A program made the position numbers and the translations under genes. The notes under the pieces are model-generated. The model saw only the letters and a list, made by a program, of their open reading frames with translations, had not been told where the DNA came from and searched no databases. A DNA stretch of 64,000 bases from the human T2T-CHM13v2.0 reference genome, Homo sapiens. This document shows, one piece after another, positions 53,210-64,000 of this stretch. The stretch lies in assembly GCF_009914755.1 (NCBI RefSeq), contig NC_060947.1; one strand, given 5' to 3'. The first letter of the stretch is position 1, and every line of letters begins with the position of its first letter.

Positions 53210-54234
53210 TATATGTATAATAAATTATATCTTATTCAGAAAAATGCATAAAATGTTCTGTTTTACATTTAGATAAACATCATATAAAGTTCTTTAGACT
53301 GGAGGCTCACAGTAATGAACAGACATTGCGCATTTCATAGTCTCCCTGTGGTGCTCTACCCTGACTTCATTTGCCTTCTGTCATCAGAGGTGACCACTAT
53401 CTATCATTCTGTGGATATTTTTTATGGCCTTACTATCCACTATTTATCACCAAGCAGTGTTTTATTTAATGTTGCCTCATTTGCACTTTCCATGAAAGGA
53501 AGTAAATGGATTGGCATCCCTTTGTTTTTTTCCCCCTAGGATATTTCACACCTGCTGGTGTCTGAGTCTTGGACAACCCAATTTGCTCATCCATTCCATT
53601 TATTATAGTATTTGGCTTTCTTTGATTTTATGTTCTTCTCTTATGAAAAATGTTGCTCGAACCATACTTAAGTTTGCAAGTGCCTATACATAACAAATTT
53701 TCCACATTAGAGAAAATTTGCTGGGCTGTAGGTTCTGGGAAACTTCAAGATTACCAGTAATTTCTAATACAGTGTATGAGTTGACCCTTCCACCATTCTT
53801 GCACATGTGTCTATTTATTCCATATAATTGGCAACATTGGAACTATCTAATGTTTTAATGAATTATTTTTGTCTATCTAGTGTATGTGAAATGGGATCGT
53901 CTTGTGTTTTTATATTGGTTTTTACTAATTAACTATGAAGTTAATAAATTTTCATGTATAGTCTTTGAACTTCTGTGAAACAGTTTCCAGTCAATGTCTT
54001 ACATTTAGTTCATTTGTTTGTTAGTTTCTCTCAATTTCCTTATGTACTCTTATTATTTCTGTGCAGGTTTGCTGTGGACCTGCTTTCAACTCATCAAATA
54101 CAAAGGAGTCCTATTGCTGGATCATAGTGTATAGTGTCTTTATTACTGCAGTGCAAGCACTTTCCAAGTGTCATGTTTGTTATTTACCCACTGTCCAAAG
54201 CAAGTCACGTGGCCAAGCTCAAGAGTCAGAGTGG

Positions 54235-54343
54235 AGAGAACTACCCAACGCAGGGATATAGGGAGGGGGATGATGGTACCCATTTTGAAGAGATCTACCC
54301 AAGGCAGGGATATAGGGAGGGGAATGATGGTACCCATTTTGAA
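54235..54343. repeat. 54-bp tandem duplication
   Basis: ctacccaaSgcagggatatagggaggggRatgatggtacccattttgaa at 54241 and 54295. Confidence 0.92.
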
Positions 54344-54588
54344 AACAATCTATTGCAGTAATCATAGACCATAGTAATTGCTCAGAATCAGGATGATTTA
54401 GGCTAGGAAATAAATAAAAATGGCCAGCCCATGGCTTCTGCGTCCCTCTAAGATAAAGTTCAAAGTCCTTAGCTGTGATACATGACTACCTGCTATATGT
54501 TATCTCACTATAATGCCTTCTCCCCACCTCAAAACTATAGAGAATGGGCACACAGAGCTTTTTTAATGGGGAATGCACCTTGCTATTT

Positions 54589-54629
54589 CACACCCTGTAT
54601 CATTGCTCCACACCCTGTATCATTGCTCC
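54589..54629. repeat. 20-bp perfect tandem duplication
   Basis: cacaccctgtatcattgctc twice. Confidence 0.9.
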
Positions 54630-54764
54630 TGCTGGTTCAACTGGCATATAATCCCCCACCCTGAGTCCCACAGACTAACCCACCATTGATCTTTGAACAT
54701 CTTTAGAGACACAACAGGATTTACCTCCTCAAAGAAGCCTACCCTCTGCTTTGGATAGAATTGA

Positions 54765-55100
<336 letters not shown>

Positions 55101-55209
55101 TAATTTTACACCTAAATAACTTTAGTGCTCATTTGTTAATGTGCCCGTCTCCCTTTTGGTAGACTCTAAGATCCTCAAAGGTAGGGACTATATCTTTCTT
55201 ATATTCATA

Positions 55210-55508
55210 TTTTCCTTCCTTCCTTCCTTCTTTCGTAGATGGAATCTTGCTCTGTCATCCAGGCTAGAGTGCAGTAGCGTGATCTCGGGTCACTGCAACC
55301 TCCGCCTCCCGGGTTCAAGCAATTCTCCTGCCTCGGCCTCCTGAGTAGCTGGGATTATAGGCGCCCACCACCATTCCTGGTTAATTTTTGTAGAGACGGG
55401 GTTTCACCATGTTGGTCAGGCTGGTCTCGAACTCCGGACCTCAGGTGATCCGCCCACCTCGACCTCCCAAAGTGCTGGGATTACAGGCGTGAGCCACTAC
55501 GCCCGGCC
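55210..55508 (-). mobile_element. Alu
   Basis: Reverse Alu. Confidence 0.9.
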
Positions 55509-55726
55509 AGTATTTTCATGCATGGATAGTTGTTCAAATTGATGCTTTGGCAGAGGTGGTGGTGGGGCAGTCATTGGAGAGTCCTATTCCACCATCCTGC
55601 TCCGACTTCCCCCATTTTATTTGCTTTGTGAAACAACAAGCTTGAAATACTGAAAACTTCATAGCAAACTTTGTGAGAAAGAAACCTACTACTACTTAAC
55701 ACTGAAAACAGAAATATATAGCTTTG

Positions 55727-56039
<313 letters not shown>

Positions 56040-56610
56040 CTAACAGAAACAAAACTCAGCTTGACATATTAAATGTAGAAATCATTACCTAGGTAGAAAA
56101 TTTTAAACTTTGTCAAGTTTCTTTAGAATGGACACCCATTAAGAGTTATAACAACATTTAAATTCAGAAAATCAATCATCTCAAAAAATTTTAACAGCTC
56201 AAATATTTTTCATAATTATGTTTGTGAAAGAAATGAAAACGAAAAGCCCAGGAAGCAGGGTGATACTATTGCTAGTTATAATTTCTATTTTTAACACCCT
56301 AAATTTCTTAGTTCTCATTTCTTCTTGCATTTCAGCTTGTGGTTGGCTTTGCAAAGCTAACATTTTCTTTGGTGACAGTTTTTAAAACGTAAGCCAGAAG
56401 ACTTTGGTCAGGAGCTTCCCCATTCCATAGAACATCTGAGAACTTAAAAAAAATGGTATTTAAATTGCACTAAGAAGATAAAGTAGTGTGATATTTTGAT
56501 AGGTGCTTATTTTTGTTTTGTTTGCTTTTAACTTCTGGACCTATCCCAATGTTTTCCAGGATCCTCAGAACATATGGGTGGTCTTTTCTTTTAAAAATAT
56601 ATATAAACCC

Positions 56611-57015
<405 letters not shown>

Positions 57016-57270
57016 TTATTAGATGCAGGGGGTCTGGGAAAGTGGATAAGAGGAGCATAATAGCTAATGTCAGATTGTTCCCTAAATAAAATGGGAGTTG
57101 TATCAATAAACAGAAGGTTTGTGGAGGAGGTGGGGATGAGATGGCAGTTAGGCAGGCAAAGTACATCACCTGCCATGATGCAATATTTGTGTAGCTAAAA
57201 ACTTGTAATGCGGTTAGATAGAATGAATATGTTCTAGTGTTCCATAGCACAGCAGGGTGACTGTAGTTAA

Positions 57271-57984
<714 letters not shown>

Positions 57985-58075
57985 GTTAACAGTAATTTAT
58001 TTTATACTTCAAAATAGCTAGAAGAGATTTGAAGTGTTCCCAATACAAAGAAATGACAAATATTTGAGGTGATAG

Positions 58076-58213
58076 ATACCCTGATTTGATCATTACACGT
58101 TGTATGTATGTATCAAATACCTAAATACCCTGATTTGATCATTACATGTTGTATGCATGTATCAAATACCTAAATACCCTGATATGATCATTACACATTG
58201 TATGCATGTATCA
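58076..58213. repeat. 49-bp tandem repeat, ~2.8 copies, within L1MA
   Basis: ataccctgatttgatcattacac... units at 58076, 58125 and 58174. Confidence 0.92.
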
Positions 58214-58275
58214 GAATATCACATGGACCCATCCCATAAATAAGTGCAATTATTGTGTATCAATAAAAATGTTTT

Positions 58276-58563
<288 letters not shown>

Positions 58564-58611
58564 TTACATTGAATATCAGTCAAAATGGTGACAGCAATTA
58601 TTCTATAGTCC

Positions 58612-58770
58612 CTTACTACTAAAGTGGGATCCCTGGTGAGCAGAATGGGTGTACCCTGAAAGTGTTAGAAATGCAGAATCAGGGTCCACCCTCGACCTAC
58701 TGAATTAGAATTTGCAGTTTAACAAGAACTGCACGTGATTCCTATGCACACTAAGATTTGAGATGCTCTA
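58612..58770. mobile_element. MER5-family fragment
   Basis: ttagaaatgcagaatc ... gacctactgaattagaatttgca ... tttaacaag. Confidence 0.65.
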
Positions 58771-59799
58771 GCTGAGGTGACTCAGTACAATATGCCTAAA
58801 ATACTCTAGATCAAGCAATTTGCTATTGTGAAATAGGGACAAATTGGCATCAGTACTCAAAAGCACAGAAAATAAAAGTCCAAATATAAGAACAGTGAGC
58901 AAAAATCAGAAAACTTTGAAATGTTGTAATGTGAGCATAATACGATAGATACAGGAGAAGAAAAGAGATTATTTTTTCGGTCAAGTGGAATGAGACTTAC
59001 CTGATGGCCATTGTATCACACCCTAATGTCATATTTATGATTACATTCAGTAATATTAAGTTCCTTACAGCATATAAAAGTGCCATTTAATAAGTCTTCA
59101 CCAGCAAAGATGGAATAATCAAGCATTCAAACTGATTAATCCTTAAGTACAAAGATGAAGCTGGTGTCACCAGTGATAGCCAACATGAAAGTTAGATGAA
59201 CTGCTGTAAACCTACCTCATAAGACCACGACTTCCTCTCTGTAGGATTTTAATTCTTTATTGAAACACTTTGTAGTAGGTGAAAATGAAGTTTTCTCATT
59301 ATCTTTTAATGAGCTCTTACAGTATATTTTATGCCAATCATTCTAAAGTATTTTAAGACTCACTGATTATTAATTATTGATTATGCTTGTTGCCTCAGCC
59401 TCATTTTTTGAGAATGGAAATACTAATGATTTTCAATGTTGCCCCAGGCTAGAGTTCATTTAAAAGCAAATACATTGGTTTTTTTGAAACATTATTTATA
59501 ATAGACCATAGTCTATAGTGGTCATGCTTGTGGTGAAAGTGCTTATAGTACATACATACCCCAAAGTTGGAAGTAAAACGCTAGAGTCAGCATTTTACTT
59601 TGGGAAGGTTATACCAATTTATGTGAGCAAGCATATTTGCTTTTTAATGGTGAAACTGGACCAGCATAGAAAACTATTTTAGCTAAATGTATTGCTTGAA
59701 TTGATCTGTTTCATCACAGAACTCTTCCAGGCAGCAGACTTGGAGAACTGCTTCTTTAAGGGAAATTAATGCAGACTGTAAAAAAAAAAAGGCAGATAG

Positions 59800-60780
59800 A
59801 AGGCATTAAAAACAGACACTTCATGAAAGAAGACATAGGAATGTCCAAGAAGTACACGTAACAGTGCTCATCATCGTTAGTTAACGCGGAAATGGAATTA
59901 AAACCCAGTTGAGATACCACTATGTGGCTAAAATTTTGAAAAGCTGACAATGCCAAGTAATGGCAACAATGTGGAGCAACTGGAATTTTCTTGAACTGCT
60001 GGTAGGAACTTAAAATGGTACAACATGGATCACCTGAGGTCAGGAGTTTGAGACCAGCCTGGCCAACATGGCAAAACCCTGTCTCTACTAAAAATACAAA
60101 AATTAGCCAGGCGTGGTGGTGGGCACCTGTAATCCCAGCTACTTGGGAGGCTGAGGCAGGAGAATCACTTGAACCCAGGAGATGGAGGTTGCAGTGAGCT
60201 GAGTTCTATAGTGCCACTGCACTCCAGCCTGGGCGACAGAGCAAGACTCTGTCGCAAAAAAAAAAAAGTACAACAATTTTTGTCAGTTTCTTATAAAGTT
60301 ATACATACATCTACCCTAGGACCCATGAATTCCTTGCCTAGGTATTTTCTCATGAGTCATGAAACCATTTGTCAAAAACAAACAAACAAACAAAACAAAC
60401 AAACAAAAAACCCCGCACAAAAATGTTCATTAGCAACTTTCTTCCTAAGAGCCCCAAACTGAAAACAACTCAAATATCCATCAGCGGGAGAATTAATAAT
60501 CAAAGAGCAGTATATTGATACAATGGAATACTACTGAGTAATAAAAAGGAAATAAATAGGACACATGCAACAACATGAATGAGTCTCAGAAACATCATGT
60601 TGAATGAAAAAAGCCATTCTGTCAGAGTCCATGTAAGTGAAATTCTAGAACAAGCAAAACTAACCTATAGTGATAAAATCCAGAAAGTAATTGGAGGGAC
60701 TTGCAGGGGTGGGGAGGGTAGGTACATGGGGATTGAACGGAAAGAGGTAAAAGGGACCTCTAAGATGGAAGAAATAGTCT
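59800..60780 (+). mobile_element. L1ME-like fragment with an Alu
   Basis: gtggagcaactggaa, atacaatggaatactact, tgcaacaacatgaatgagtctcagaaacat. Confidence 0.7.
60027..60268 (+). mobile_element. 5'-truncated Alu
   Basis: Starts at ggatcacctgagg; flanks aaaatggtacaaca / aaaaagtacaaca. Confidence 0.88.
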
Positions 60781-60785
60781 ATGTC

Positions 60786-61492
<707 letters not shown>

Positions 61493-61893
61493 CTATATGT
61501 TTTATATCAATTATACTTCAATTTAAAAAGTAAGACCCCCCTTTCGTCCCCATGCTGCCAAAGAGGATGTCTGCCCAGACAACCTAACTAGTGCAAAAAA
61601 TTCTGTTTCAGCCAAGTCCCTCTAGGTAAGACATAAGTTCTGTTGGACTTGAACTCCAGGTAGGAATTAACCAACATGCACTATGGCTCTATCCTATCTG
61701 AACCTGAGGATCCTGTGGTTTAACTAACTTACTCTGGTGTTTTAGTAAAAGCTGCCTTTCCTACCTCAATTTTTATTTTCCTTTTCTGTCTTAGCTTTTC
61801 TGGTCTTTTGATTACAAACATTTGTTGACAAGGCATGATATATATGAAAAAAATGTGTTGTCTTTTTTGAGACTTATTCCATCTCTTTTTTAA

Positions 61894-62553
<660 letters not shown>

Positions 62554-63337
62554 CGTGTTTTACTTTTCCAACTGCCAAATTTGATCCAGTGCAGTTACTT
62601 AATTAGATTAGATTACTGTTTATATTAAACTCAAATAATGATTAAATTGAAAAATTTCGTGACAAGAGCTCACAAATGAAATCAGCCGAAATCAGCTAGT
62701 GCTTGTCTTAACCTATCCTTGGCTGTGTATGCTGCCTTATCCTCAGAGGGCATACAAGGCTGAGCTGACAGATGAATGACCCCTGTTAATGGAGTACAGA
62801 TAGTTCACAGAAGCCATATGTGATCAGCAGCACTTGCAAATGTCTCGCTTTCAATGCTGCCGCATGGCAAGAACACAGGTGGTGTCCTCAAGAGGTCTCC
62901 CTCTATGCTGTTTGACCTCCACAGCACACTCTTCACCTGCAGCTTCAGAATCCAAGGTCTATCCAGAAGACAGGATATTTTTTTTAAAAACTTTAAAAAT
63001 AGAGATATAACATACATACAGTTGTGACAGCTAGTCAGCAAAGATGGCTCCAATCTTCATGCTGTGGCAATCCCCTCCCACATTGAGTCAGGCTGGCCCA
63101 TGACTTGAGTTAAACAAGAGAATGTGGCAGAAGTGACCGTGGGCCAGTTCTGGGCCAGGCTTTTAGAAGCATTGGTAGGTTCTGGTTCCTTTCTCTTGGA
63201 ACACTTGTTTTTGGGAGCCCTGTCAGTTTGGATCATCCAAGAAGCAAACACCAAGACTGAATTATATGTGCAGGAGATTTATTAGGGGAAATGCTACTGA
63301 AGGATAAAGGGCCCCCGGCCAAATGCACCAATCTTAT

Positions 63338-63411
63338 GTGCAAAATTAATTGAAGTTTTTGCCATTACTTTCAACGGCAAGAGCCACAATTACTTTTGCA
63401 TCAACCTAATA
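63338..63411. mobile_element. MADE1 (Hsmar1-derived MITE) with abnormal left end
   Basis: gtgcaaaattaattgaagtttttgccattactttcaacggcaagagccacaattacttttgcatcaacctaa+ta follows the MADE1 palindrome. Confidence 0.85.
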
Positions 63412-63422
63412 CATACAGCTCA

Positions 63423-63787
<365 letters not shown>

Positions 63788-64000
63788 TTACAACAACCTA
63801 GAATGTTCCCTTATGGCTCCCTCCCCAGTCAATGCCACTCCCCGACATAGAGGTAGTCACTCTCCTGAGTTCTATTGCCATATATTAGTTTTACACATTC
63901 TTGACCTTCACTTAAATGGAATGATACAGTACATACTTTTTAGTGTCTGTCTTCTTTCACTTATTGTTGTGTCCATGACTCATCCACATGGTTGGGTGCA

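Noticed and set aside
58076-58213. Regular 49-bp repeats as a CRISPR-like array
   Set aside because: Head-to-tail copies without unique spacers, inside an L1 in mammalian DNA.

Overview
Human/primate genomic DNA, very Alu-rich. The left third holds most of RBBP7 (RbAp46, WD40 histone chaperone of NuRD/PRC2/Sin3/HAT1) on the minus strand. Coding exons 1-10 were reconstructed with GT-AG boundaries and consistent phases (1098 nt, 366 codons); the last exons lie left of the window. There are two alternative first coding exons (ATG at 22568 and ATG at 22156) in a CpG-island promoter at ~22.0-23.7 kb. The rest is intergenic upstream DNA with a 68-nt tailless U4 snRNA retrocopy (27714-27781), a decayed processed SLC35C2 pseudogene (~49.7-51.4 kb), a GC-rich candidate distal element (~35 kb), candidate CTCF sites, and many Alu, L1, L2, MIR, LTR and DNA-transposon relics. 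I see no evidence of a new multi-gene system. The best leads are regulatory and structural: a CFTR-like (TG)8 tract at the acceptor of in-frame exon 4, a (CG)7 Z-DNA tract at the alternative first exon, inverted Alus that could drive circRNAs, and mechanistically informative retro-insertions. Gene and repeat names come from my recognition of the sequence, not from database searches. Repeat boundaries are approximate.
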